Below are positions 1 through 10,549 of a DNA stretch of 64,000 nucleotides, piece by piece. The stretch is taken from contig JAPMXV010000056.1 in assembly GCA_026936335.1 (NCBI GenBank), positions 124,001 to 188,000 of the forward strand, read 5' to 3'. The notes under the pieces were generated by a model. It was not told where the DNA came from. It searched no databases and saw only the letters and a program-made list of their open reading frames with translations. The translations under genes were made by a program, and so were the position numbers. The DNA comes from Mantamonas sphyraenae STR306. Taxonomy: Eukaryota; Protista; CRuMs. Each line of letters begins with the position of its first letter. The first letter of the stretch is position 1.

Positions 1-629
1 CTCCTCGTAGTCGTATCCGTAGCCATAGTCGAGCTCTCCACCGTGGTCGACGTATCCCGAAGCTGGTGTGCGTATGTGTGTGTGTGTGCGTGGCAATGGC
101 CAGGTGTCAGCGCGGTGATCAGCAACACTCGGGGTGGTCTCTTTTTTTTGGCGCCAAAATGGCGCGAAAACACAAGCGGGGTTCCCGTGTGCATGAAACA
201 GGGATGCGGGGACGACATACCTCCACCCTCGTCGTCGACAACAAAGTCATCTTCCTCCATGTGTTCGTTGACGATCTTTGTGTATGTGGCTTCGTCGTAC
301 TCGTCGTAGATGCGTGCGCCGTCGTCGTCGTCGTCGGCGAGTGCGTGGGAGCGGGACACGCCACTCTCACGCTGTGCACGCAGGTCGTCGAGGGCACTCT
401 TCTTCTTGCGTCCACGTGCACGGCTGCTGCGGCCACCTTCGATGACGTTGCCCAGATCCAGGCCCTCGGCCTCAATGTCGATTGTTTCCTCTTCCTCGTC
501 CTCCTCGAGCGCCCGCTTCTTCTTGCGATCCTTCTTGCTGGAGCTGCCTCCATCCTCGCTTGCCTCCTTGTGGGCGGCAATCTCCTCTTCGTCCATTTCG
601 TCGTCGAAAAGGTCTTCGTCCGATGGCAT
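1..629 (-). CDS. POLA1: DNA polymerase alpha catalytic subunit, N-terminal part (runs off the window; exons 629-221 and 62-<1)
   Basis: ATG at 629. Translation ...SALDDLRAQRESG...IYDEYDEATYTKIVNEHMEEDDFVVDDEGGASGYVDHGGE matches the Pol alpha N-terminal motif. GTATGT..CAG intron 220-63 preserves frame. Not in the supplied ORF track. Confidence 0.8.
   Translation of the reverse strand, partial: MPSDEDLFDDEMDEEEIAAHKEASEDGGSSSKKDRKKKRALEEDEEEETIDIEAEGLDLGNVIEGGRSSRARGRKKKSALDDLRAQRESGVSRSHALADDDDDGARIYDEYDEATYTKIVNEHMEEDDFVVDDEGGGMSSPHPCFMHTGTPLVFSRHFGAKKKRPPRVLLITALTPGHCHAHTHTYAHQLRDTSTTVESSTMATDTTTR
146..170. promoter_or_regulatory. Cluster of E2F-like sites in POLA1 intron 1
   Basis: Palindromic TTTTGGCGCCAAAA followed by GGCGCGAAAA gives three TTTSSCGC matches in 25 bp. 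Confidence 0.5.
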
Positions 630-854
630 GGTTGTCGCTGGAATTTGGGTGGTTGACCCGGCGGGGTGGTTGTGATGGAGATGAGAATGCGTGGGAAACA
701 GGTGTGGGAGTTGGGGCAGCGGGGTCATGGAAGATGTGCTTGGTTCATTGGGGGATTTTGCGCCAGAGGATGTGTGCTGCTGGTCGGTCAGCAAAACAAA
801 AAGCAAAAAGACCGCTGGGCGCTGGCTGTGCCGCTGTTGCTCGTGGACGTTCGC

Positions 855-1957
855 TCACAGCAGCACACATCCGTCGTCGGAGCCCTTTTGCGGGTTCTCT
901 CCCTTGTCGACGGACTTGATGAGGGCTGTAAACACCTCGTTGACGTTGTCGTTGTGCTTGGCAGAGGTTTCAAAAAACTGGCTCCCCCAGCTCTGAGCCA
1001 GTTCTTCTCCCTCCTCAGTGGACACTTGCCTCATGTTGGAGCCATCCAGATCACTCTTGGTGGCCACGAGCACGACGACGGGCACTGTGCCCGTCAGATC
1101 CAGCAACTTGTCATAAATATTCTGCACCCTGCAGACAAACGGGTACGATGGAGAGAGGTGCAAGCGGCAGGGAGGCGCTTACCAGAGTCAGCATGTGTGT
1201 GGGTGTTGCGACGAGTGCGTGTGTGTCTGCGTGTGTGTAGGGGAAGGGCAAACGCTGGCGAGCCACGCCGGACCTACGTTTCGAACGACGAGGCGCTTCC
1301 CACGGAGTAGCACAGCATGTAGCCGTGCACCCCGTTGGCATATTTGGTCAGAAAGTTGCTATACTCGTCCTGTGTTGTGGCGTGCGAAACGACAGTGAGT
1401 GTGCGGGCGCGTTTTCCTGTCCTGCGAGAGGAGCCTGGAAGCCGGAAGTCGTTGTGGCTCCCGGTTTCTTAACCGCCGAAAGGGGGCCACACCATGCAGC
1501 GAGCGGGTCTCACGTGGAAACGGAGCGTCGGCCAGACAAGGGCCTTCGATCGCAGACCACCGCATGCAAATCAGATGCGTGTGGTTTCTGCGAACGTGCC
1601 AAGAAGCACGGGCACAAAAACGAGTCGGTGGAAATGGCTAAAACCCGGCACACCGCACCCGGCAACTCACCACGCCCGCCGTGTCCACGATCTCTGTGTC
1701 GTATTCTTCCTTGCCCACAGTGATGGTCTTGTGGTAGATATTCTCCACAGACGGGTTGTATGCATCCACAAAGAACTGACGGGTGGGACCCCCCGTCGTG
1801 CCACAGCGTCAGCAGTGCGTTCCAGGGGCGTTGCCGCACGTCACACCGCACTCTCTTGCCTTACCTGCTCCACAAACTGGATGATCAACGAGCTTTTGCC
1901 CACGCCACGGAATCCCAGCACGGCAAACTTTCTCTTTTTGGTGTGTTTGGAGGACAT
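855..1957 (-). CDS. RHEB: Rheb small GTPase (4 exons: ~1957-1865, ~1773-1671, ~1370-1278, ~1127-855)
   Basis: G1 GFRGVGKS with the Rheb-type Arg, effector YNPSVEN, DTAGV|DEYS, TKSD, ETSAK, CaaX CVLL. Confidence 0.88.
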
Positions 1958-2198
1958 GGGAGATGGGAGGAGAGGAGGGAAAGGGTTGGCGAGCCAGTCG
2001 GGGTTCCAGCACGATTCTGTTTGTTTGGCCGATGTGAGGCAATTCCAGGTGGAGGGCCATGGACACGGACACACAGCGATCCATGGCAAAGACCTGAACG
2101 TTGTCGCCCGACCCGACCTGCGCGAGGGGAAGCACACAAACCCAAAAACAACAACTTTCGACCCCCAACATTTGTTTCTGTATCATTCGGCCCCAACA

Positions 2199-4612
2199 AT
2201 GACTCAGAACACCCAGACGAACACTCGCACAAGCGCATTGGCTGTGTTCTGCTGCCTGATCCTGCTGGGCAGCGTGGTGGAAGGCGTGAACCTGCGCCTT
2301 AGCGGCAACCCGTCCGCGCCCATCATTGTGGCCTCGTCTCCCGCCGAAGCTGCAGCCAAGGTGGTGGAGCCGCAGGTGCAGGAGGTGGAGGCAGTGGAGG
2401 AGAAGGAGGCTACCGAGGAATCTGCAGCGCCGGCTGAGACTCCTGTGTCCCAGGAGGGCGCAAGCAAGGTTGACGTTCCGCCTGAGCAGCAGCCCGGCCC
2501 ACACAACAAGCTGGCCGCCGAGGTGAGTACAAGGCCTGTGAGCCACGTAGCCGTCTTGCATTCCACGTGCGCATCCCCACCACACCTGCCCCGCCCGTCT
2601 GCGCGCGTACCCCGTCCCTCTGTGTGGCCATGTGCACGCGAAATTTCGTGGCGACGGCGAGCAGGGAGGAAAAATGGGGCCTTTCGTCGGGCGGGCACGT
2701 GGCGGAGAAAAAAAAACGGGTGTTTCCACACAGGGCTTTTTCCGCGTGCAACTGGTTCATGGCCACTCACACTGTACGGCAGAGCGCTGATGATGAGGAT
2801 GAGGATGAGAAGGAGGAGGAGAACGTGCTTTTCGAGTCGGACGATGCCGAGGACGAGGCGTACGACAAATCTGTGGAACCGATGCTGATTGCAGACACAG
2901 ACGACGCCGACGAGGCGGAACAGCTTGCTCTGTTCCAGGCTCTGGAGGGCAACGTGGACATGGAGGACGACGAAGAGGTGCACGACAACGCCATGGATGA
3001 GGACGAGCTTGCGAAGAACAAGCTGGACGGCATCAGCGGCATGTTGGCGTACCTGACGTACAAGGACGACTTCCGCACGGGCAACGCGATCCACTGGGAT
3101 CCCAAGTCTGTGCGTGGACTCAAGGGTCACGACATCTCTGTGGTGGGCCACACGTGGAGCGACAACGGAGCGCAGGTGAACTACGTTGTGTACGACAAAA
3201 CGGACAAGGTGGTGTACATCGTGTTCCGTGGCACAGGCACGGCCGAGAACTGGAAGTACAACTTCCGCATTGGCAAGGTGCCGTGCAGCTTCTGCAGCAA
3301 GACGTGCAAGGGCTGCGAGCTGGGCCAGGGTTTCCAGGAGCTGTTTGAGCAGGTCAAGGACAAGATCCGCGCCGCAGTCAAGACCTTGCCGCACGACATC
3401 CAGTACGTGGTGACGGGTCACTCGCAGGGTGGCGCTCTGGCCACGCTGGAGGCCTACGACCTGGCTGTGAACCAGGGCGTGAAGAAGGTGCGTCTGGTGG
3501 CGCTGGCCGGCCCGCGCGTGGGCAACCCGGCCTTTGCCACAGACTTTAACCGCTACGTGACCGACGCCGTGCGTTACGTGGAGCGCTTCCGCCTGGACAA
3601 GTGCCCCGACCAGGGCTGGTGGGGACGCACCAAGGCCATCCTGAGCGACGTCAACATCTTCCGCAAGTACGTGCAGGGCGACCGCAGCCCCGAGGTGTGG
3701 AGCTCGACTCGCAGCTCGGACGTCGAGGTGCAGGAGGACAACGTGCTGCAGTACGCAGACGACACGGACGACGACAGCAACGTGGAGGGCGTGGACGAGG
3801 ACGAACTGGACGAGCAGGTTTCCGACAGCGACGCCGTGGGCATGGCTTCGCAGCTTGCCCTGAGCACGGCTCGCACGGCTCTGCAGGAGCACGTGTCGTC
3901 GAACCAGGCCATTGGCGAGGCCGTGGACACGCTGCACCAGTTTGTCACGGAGCACAACGAGCACATGGCTGAGCTGCAGGACATGTGGGACCAGGTGAAC
4001 ATGAGCGACGAGGAGCAGGTGATGGACGCGGCCTACGAGACGCGCCGTCGCGTGCGTCGTCGTCGTCGTCGCAACCGCGGTCTCATGTCCAAGGTGTTCA
4101 ACGGCCTGAGCTCGGTCATGCGCCGCCTGCGTGGTCGTCGTGACCGCGCCAGCGCTGGTTCGCGTACCACGGCACGCATGGTGGCCAAGGCGGCCAAGAA
4201 CACGCATCTGGCAGCCGAAACGGCGTCTGCCGTGACCAAGGCGGCCGTGCAAGAGGCTGTGGTTGCCTCGCAGACGAGCGACCAATGGAAGGCCCCCGAG
4301 CCCAAGCGCATCACCTTCCTGGGCATGCCGCCTCTGGAGGCACTCAAGGTTATTGGCGAGTTTGTGGTGACGCTGAAGAAGCGCTACGAGGCGTGGCGTG
4401 ACGAGTACAAGAACAAGCCGTACGTGGAGGGCGTGGACATTGTGTCCACCGTGCCCTACCGCGGCATGGGCTACCGTGGCGTGGGTACCCTCAAGTACCT
4501 GCACTGTGCACGCAGCTGCAACGAGGGTTGCAAGTGCCGTACGCCCATCAACGCTGCTGCGTTCTGCCACGACCCCAAGTACTACGCCGACGACCTGGAC
4601 AAGATCTACTGA
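2199..4612 (+). CDS. Secreted class 3 lipase with large internal insertion (exons 2199-2523, 2783-4612)
   Basis: Signal peptide (ALAVFCCLILLGSVVEG), IVFRGT oxyanion motif, VTGHSQGGALA nucleophile elbow, PRVGN, C-terminal DIVSTVP and CHDPKYY. Confidence 0.85.
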
Positions 4613-4716
4613 GAGGCGGGTGAGAGAGTTTGACATCGAACCGAAATCAACGCACGCGTTTTGTCCAATGGAATCCAGCAATGGGTGCGCATTCTGATTT
4701 GTTGGCCAGCGGTCCC

Positions 4717-6204
4717 TCATTCTTCCTTCTTCTCCTCCTCGTCCTCCAGGTGCTCCAACGCCCAGTCGACATCCTCGAGAAACTGCAGCAGCGTCTTTTT
4801 GTGCGTGCTGTAGGTGATGACGACCGCGCGGTTGATGTACACGCCTGCGACAGTGGTCGGGGAAATGACCACCCGCCTGCGCGAGTTGACGAGCTTGGTG
4901 AAGCGCTTGTTCAGCTCATTGCCTTCCTCCTTGACACGGTAGCAGATGACCGTCAGCTGCGGCTCCATGAGCACCTCCAGGCGCTCGCGGGATCGCAGCT
5001 CGCCCACGAGCCAGTCCACCAAGGCCACCTTCTCCTCAAGGTACTGTTGCCACACTCGCAGACCAAACAGCTTAAAGGGAAGATAGGCTCCAATGCCACG
5101 CGCATTGCGAGAAAGCTCGCACGATTGGTTTTCGGGCTGGTGGAAGTGCATGGCAATGCTGTCGTCGTCCAAGTCCGGCATGTACTCGCCGTAGTGTCTG
5201 TGCGCGTCGAGCAGATGCTTCTTTTCCTTGCACAGCAGGGCACCGATGCCAAAGGGCATGAACGCCCCCTTGTGGGCATCCACGACCACGGAATCGGCTC
5301 GTTCCAAACCCTTCATCTGCTCTTTGCCCTTCTCCGTCAGCATCAGCATGCCTCCGTAGGCCCCGTCGACGTGCAGCCACGCATTGTACTGTGCAGCAAG
5401 GTCCGCCAGAGTGTCCAGGTCGTCCACACTGCCCGTGTTCGTGCTGCCTGCGTTGGCGACAATCATGAACGGTTCGATTCCATTTGCCATGTCCTCCTTC
5501 ATCATGGCCTCCAGAGCCTCCATGTCCATGCGACAACGCTTGTCCACAGGCACTGGGCGGATTTGCCGCTTCAACAAACCCACCAGGCGAGCACTCTTGG
5601 CCACGCAGTGATGGGCCTGGGAACTGAAGTAAAACGCTCCGTTGCATGGCGTGTCATCGCCGTAGCGTACCAGCCGTGCCGTAATAATGGCCTCCATGTT
5701 GCTGATGCTGCCTCCCGAGAGGAAGATGCCTCCCGAGTGCTCTGCGTCGTAGCCGACAATTTGGGCCATCCACTTCAGTGCGTTCTGCTCCATGGTCACC
5801 AGTGCAGGCGAGGCAAACCCTGCGCCTGTGTACCAATTGCTGGACAAACACACCAACTGTGCCAGTGTCGACGACATGATGCCGCCACCGCCAATGTACG
5901 GCAGGTAGCCGGGGGACGAAGGCGTGAGTCCCTTGGATCCGGCCACGTACAGCGACTCTACCAGTGCAGCCAGATCTCCTGTGCCTTCCCATGGGATATC
6001 GTTCTCCATGGTTTCCTCAGCAATGCCCTGGCGCTCCTTGTCAAAGCCCGTGAGCTCCTTCAGGCCGAGTGGCGGTTCTTCAGGAAGATTCCCGTAGAAC
6101 GTGCAAATGCGCTCGCTCACCAGATCCAGCATCTCTTTGAGCTCTTCGGGCGAGTGCTCCAACTCGCGGCATGGGTTGTCAATGTCTACCTTGGTCTTGC
6201 TCAT
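4717..6204 (-). CDS. Group II PLP-dependent amino-acid decarboxylase (aromatic/DDC-like), intronless
   Basis: GGSISN, AGSTNTGSVD, WLHVDGAYGG, DAHK PLP-lysine motif, ELSR. Confidence 0.92.
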   Translation of the reverse strand: MSKTKVDIDNPCRELEHSPEELKEMLDLVSERICTFYGNLPEEPPLGLKELTGFDKERQGIAEETMENDIPWEGTGDLAALVESLYVAGSKGLTPSSPGYLPYIGGGGIMSSTLAQLVCLSSNWYTGAGFASPALVTMEQNALKWMAQIVGYDAEHSGGIFLSGGSISNMEAIITARLVRYGDDTPCNGAFYFSSQAHHCVAKSARLVGLLKRQIRPVPVDKRCRMDMEALEAMMKEDMANGIEPFMIVANAGSTNTGSVDDLDTLADLAAQYNAWLHVDGAYGGMLMLTEKGKEQMKGLERADSVVVDAHKGAFMPFGIGALLCKEKKHLLDAHRHYGEYMPDLDDDSIAMHFHQPENQSCELSRNARGIGAYLPFKLFGLRVWQQYLEEKVALVDWLVGELRSRERLEVLMEPQLTVICYRVKEEGNELNKRFTKLVNSRRRVVISPTTVAGVYINRAVVITYSTHKKTLLQFLEDVDWALEHLEDEEEKKEE

Positions 6205-6314
6205 GCGTTGCACTTCTCAATTGAGGTGGACAGGACTGCGGGGAAATGTGCCGGAAACGGCAAAACACAACTTTTTGCGCTCTTCTCGCCGACGAAATTT
6301 GCGCGGACTGCCCC

Positions 6315-8097
6315 TCATTCCACACGACAGTGCCTCTCCAGAACTTCTGAGCGCACCTCAAGATAGCGGACAGGCTGGAGGGCCTGCAGATCGCGTGCCT
6401 TGTCTCGGGGCGCATTGAATAGCTGGTGAACGCCTGCGAGAGAGGTGAACACGAGGTCTGCGGATCGTGTAAAGGCAATACCGGTGCCCTGGTGCACAGA
6501 GTACTTGCCTGTGGCATGCTTGATGCGCTGTACATGCTTCCAGGCCTGTTGTGCGCCCGGATTGGCCCGTTCATACACGTTGACGGTGAGACCGAACGAC
6601 AGTGTGGCCAGCTGTGTGCCACCTGGAGCCATGGCCACTGCCACCAGCGGCGACTCGTCAGCGTCTCCGTCGTTCGTGTGCAGGCGAGCGTGGAAGCGCA
6701 TTGCCGTCGCATTCCAACAGTAGTAGCGCAAGTTGGCTTCGAACGACGTCACAGCAAAGCACGGCGTAAACGCGTTGCTGCTGTCTTTGTTAGCGTCGTC
6801 GCCTTCAGCATGCGCTCCACGCGGCCCTTCCTTCCAGCTGTGTGCATCCCACGCCACCTGCGTCACAAAGTTGTTCTTGTGGCCGGCGTTCCAGTTTTGG
6901 ATGTTGTTTGTCAGCCGCTCAAACTCAACCATGTGCACACGATCACGCAGCGACGCCTCTGCATCCGCATTCACCGCCACTCCGTCGCTTCCGCTGCTGC
7001 GAAAGATCATTGGCGCCGGCACCCAGCGGTTGCGGTCGTCCCGTTCGTACCACTCGACCAGCGTATTCTCCTCCTTGGCCATCTTGTCCACCTCCAGTCG
7101 CTCCAGTGTGGCCATCTTGCTCTGGTCATGTTCTCCTGCTCCTGCTCCCTCTGGGGCTGTGCTGGTCAGTCGCATCACCGAGATGCTTTGGTCGCTGCTT
7201 GCTGCGAGGAGGAAATGGCCCTGCGGCGAGAAGCTCAGCGACACACACCACTTCTGGAACCGCTGTGCCATGATGCTGTGCTGCACAAACTCTCCCTTAT
7301 TCTCGTCCAGCGCGTACAGCGTCAGCACGCCCCGTTCCCACCCGCCCGACGCCACGGCAAACACGGAGCCGCCAAACCCGGATGCAAACTTGACGTCAAA
7401 AACACGCTCTGCACAGCCCATTCCATGAAGGCACACACAATGGGCGATGGTTAGTCTTTTCCCCCATTCACCTCCAACGCGATTCTACTCATCCGCTCCT
7501 TACCCAGGATGCCGCCATACAACTCGTTCTTGGCCGGCCGAGCCGTCGTCGCCGTCCACGACAAGCTCTGCAGGTGCAACCAGCTGCCCTCACTGCTTTG
7601 CGGTGCCTTGTTCTCAAACAGCTCCAGTGTGTAGTCGTCACCAGCCACGGCCAGGAAGCGCCCCGTTGCACTCAGAGCCACTGTACGCAACGGAGACGCC
7701 GTGTTCACCGCCCGGAACATCTGCACCTGCGTGCGATCGTTCGCCCTGTCGATTGTGTGTGTGTGTGTGTGTGTGTCTGCTGTGTGAGCCGCGTTGCCGC
7801 AATTTCTGCTTGTGCTTATGTGTGCATCCATTTTCATTCGTCACCCTACCGAAACACGCCCACCTGGCCGTCGCGTGTGGCAAAGGCGACCAATGCGCCG
7901 TCGTCGGAAAACGAGTGGCCCACCACCATTCCGTGGTCCATGTATGCCTGTGCAGGAGACACAAACACCCGTTGCACAGATGGGTCCACCTCATTCTGCA
8001 TGCTGCTGCCGGATGTGTCCGAGGCAGCACACGCGTGGAGGAGCAGCAAGGCCACAAGCAGCAGCCGCCTCAGCAGGCCACGCGTCGCCGACTTCAT
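6315..8097 (-). CDS. WD40/beta-propeller protein with N-terminal signal peptide (3 exons; introns ~7850-7746 and ~7503-7409)
   Basis: MKSATRGLLRRLLLVALLLLHACAA signal. WD-like blades (FSDDGALVA, LSATGRFLAVAGDD, FSPQGHFLLAASSD). The second intron has a GACTAAC branch point. Confidence 0.7.
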
Positions 8098-8140
8098 TTT
8101 CGTTGCCTGCCCTCCCGTGCCATGGCCACTGCTGCCCTGA

Positions 8141-8539
8141 CTATGTGCGTTTGGCCGAGGCCATGGCCCGTTGCGCTGCCTTGATGTTGCTGTGCACCCC
8201 TTCCACCTGTGTAGCCACCTTGTTGCTCGTCTCTTGGATTGCCTGAAGTCGCTGCTCCAAGCTGTCCTTGACCCGCAGCTCGTCCGCCACACTCACGTGC
8301 TCCAGCTTCGACCTCTCCAGCTGCATTTCCAGCGCCGCCAACCGTTGCACCAACGCTTCGCCCGCTTCCCCAACCCGTTCGCTGTTGTCGTACCTGTTCA
8401 GTCCCTGCTCCACCTCGTCAAACAGAGCCAGCCCGCTCTCCTCCAGCTCCTCCAACAGCCGCAGCGCACGATCCACATTCAACTCTTCATCCTCACCCTT
8501 GCCACCCGACGATGACGACGACAACGACGCAGACGACAT
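8141..8539 (-). CDS. Small coiled-coil protein of unknown function (weak Mediator Med11-like resemblance)
   Basis: 132-aa ORF with coding-like codon use and heptad-rich helices. Confidence 0.55.
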   Translation of the reverse strand: MSSASLSSSSSGGKGEDEELNVDRALRLLEELEESGLALFDEVEQGLNRYDNSERVGEAGEALVQRLAALEMQLERSKLEHVSVADELRVKDSLEQRLQAIQETSNKVATQVEGVHSNIKAAQRAMASAKRT

Positions 8540-8597
8540 GGACAGCCCCAAAAAAGCAAAGGTTTGGCTCACACGACGTGCTGCATTGTGCTGTCCT

Positions 8598-10400
8598 TCA
8601 CACTTCGATTTCCTCACCCTGGTCCGCCACCGCCTTTTGTGAATCCGCCTCCCCTTCACCCTCATCTTCCACGTCCATGTCTGCCAATGCCTTGAGGCCC
8701 GCGTCCAGTCGCGCTTGCTTTGTGCGGTCCAGATGCACAAAGTAGCCGATGGTGAGTGCAAAGAACACCGAGGCGATGGAAGCCATGACATACTGCAGCG
8801 TCTCAGCAGACAGGCCGCCCTGATCGATGGCCGCGGCGCTCGAAACCAGCGTGATGACGTTGGAGCCGTGGCGCAGAATCCACTTCCAGCCAGTCACACG
8901 CCCCATCACCGAGTTGTCAACAATGAGAAGGAGCACTGTGTCGCACACCATGGCCGTCATGCCCATTCCCACCGCCTTGAGGGCATTGCCCGCGTACAGC
9001 AGCGCAATGTTGGTTTCCAACGAGGCAGCATCGCCCAGACCAGGCATCAGAGCAAGCCCCACCGCCACAAACAGGAAGCCAAAGGAAATGCAGCGACGCA
9101 TGATGCTGTGTGAATGGCGCGCGTAGTGCATGACAACAACGGGACCAATGCCGATGCACACGCCTTCGATGGCAAACACTGCCCCCAGGGTGATGCTCTG
9201 CACATCCGCAGGCAGCCGCGTCTTGATCAGCATGATGTTGAGCAGGTCTGTGTTGCCCCACACAAAGGAACCCAGCGCACGACACGACACAACCACAAGG
9301 ATGTACTTGTGCGACCACAGGAAGGCCATCACAAAGCGCGTGTCCTCCCAGAACGAGCTGCCACGCACCTCCTTGTTGGGCATCCCTGCAGATGCGCTTG
9401 CGGCTGCAGCCACCAGAGGCGTCTTGTCTGCCATGGCTGCCTCCACTGCGGCCTCATCCATTTCCAAGTCTTCGCTTGCCACCTCGCCCGCCAGAGCCTC
9501 GCCGTCGTCCTGCGACACAGACGACCATCCCACCTCACCACCACCAGCCGTCACGGTGTTGCCTGCCACACCCAATAGAACTGCACCCGCCTGCGAGCTG
9601 CCCATTTCCTCGTCCTCCTGGTCTTCCAGCAAAGTGTGCGTTTCGGCGAACCCGAGACTCGGATCCAGATTGCGTGCACGCAGCAGCATGAAAAAGCCCA
9701 ATAGGTACGTGGCCGAGTCGATGGAGAAGCACACAAGCGGAGGTAACGCAGATGCGGCAAGACCACCGAGAGCAGAGCCTACAAACAGCTGCACACACCA
9801 TGTCGTGCTCAATACCGAGTTGGCAATCGGCACGTCCCGCTTGGGCACCAGACGAGGAATCAGACCCGACTGGCACGGCCCCGTGGCACTCTCCAGTGTG
9901 CTATGTACAAAGGTGACCAGCAGAATGAGCGCATAGTTGTCCTGTACCGCTGCGTACACGGGAACAATCAGTGCACGCGCCCCAATCGTCACCAGCAGCA
10001 CATCAAAACGGTTCTTGCGGTCGGCAATGACTCCAGACACGTTGGAAAACAACACCTGCGAAAGGAGAAACACCAACGAGTAGCCCGTCAGCGCCCAGGC
10101 CGACGGATTGATCAAGCCGATGAGACGTAGACACGCCAGGTACGTGAACCACACGCCCAGCTCGCTCACTGCCACAGACAGAAACAGTCCTCGAAAAGCA
10201 GGGTTCTCAATCACAATCCTGCTGTACGGGTTGCGCATCCAAAAGGACCTTTGCCGGGGTCCCGGGATTTCCCCGAAAACCTGCGCCTTGGCCGGACCCA
10301 GCACTTGCATCTCCTCGCCCACGGAATCCATGGATGACCTGGGCGACCCGTTTTGCGATATGGAAGGGGTCTCTTCCCTCCTGCTGCTGTCGTGCGTCAT
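8598..10400 (-). CDS. MFS transporter, DHA3/macrolide-efflux-like, intronless
   Basis: About 12 hydrophobic segments, GVIADRKNR motif A, IDSATYL, VDNSVMGRV. Paralog of the 36886 and 38561 genes. Confidence 0.88.
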   Translation of the reverse strand: MTHDSSRREETPSISQNGSPRSSMDSVGEEMQVLGPAKAQVFGEIPGPRQRSFWMRNPYSRIVIENPAFRGLFLSVAVSELGVWFTYLACLRLIGLINPSAWALTGYSLVFLLSQVLFSNVSGVIADRKNRFDVLLVTIGARALIVPVYAAVQDNYALILLVTFVHSTLESATGPCQSGLIPRLVPKRDVPIANSVLSTTWCVQLFVGSALGGLAASALPPLVCFSIDSATYLLGFFMLLRARNLDPSLGFAETHTLLEDQEDEEMGSSQAGAVLLGVAGNTVTAGGGEVGWSSVSQDDGEALAGEVASEDLEMDEAAVEAAMADKTPLVAAAASASAGMPNKEVRGSSFWEDTRFVMAFLWSHKYILVVVSCRALGSFVWGNTDLLNIMLIKTRLPADVQSITLGAVFAIEGVCIGIGPVVVMHYARHSHSIMRRCISFGFLFVAVGLALMPGLGDAASLETNIALLYAGNALKAVGMGMTAMVCDTVLLLIVDNSVMGRVTGWKWILRHGSNVITLVSSAAAIDQGGLSAETLQYVMASIASVFFALTIGYFVHLDRTKQARLDAGLKALADMDVEDEGEGEADSQKAVADQGEEIEV

Positions 10401-10549
10401 TCAGAGCGGTGGTTGGCTCTTGCTCAGCACAAGGGATGGCAGGAAAAAGTTGACGGCGCCCGTGCAACTTATCCGCTGCAAGATCCACCCACCCATCTCG
10501 AGACGCGACGAGAAACGTATACTATAGAGTGCAATATATGCACCTGCCT

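Noticed and set aside
2204-6366. Very long antisense ORFs (2204-4720, 4630-6366; likewise 10988-12439, 20649-21872, 52157-53920)
   Set aside because: These are shadow ORFs produced by high GC3 on the opposite coding strand and have no recognisable motifs.
7409-7503. Frame breaks in the WD40, CmfA-like (~30650), Cdc6-like, SLC43-like and SNM1B genes
   Set aside because: Each is explained by a canonical GT-AG intron with a plausible branch point.
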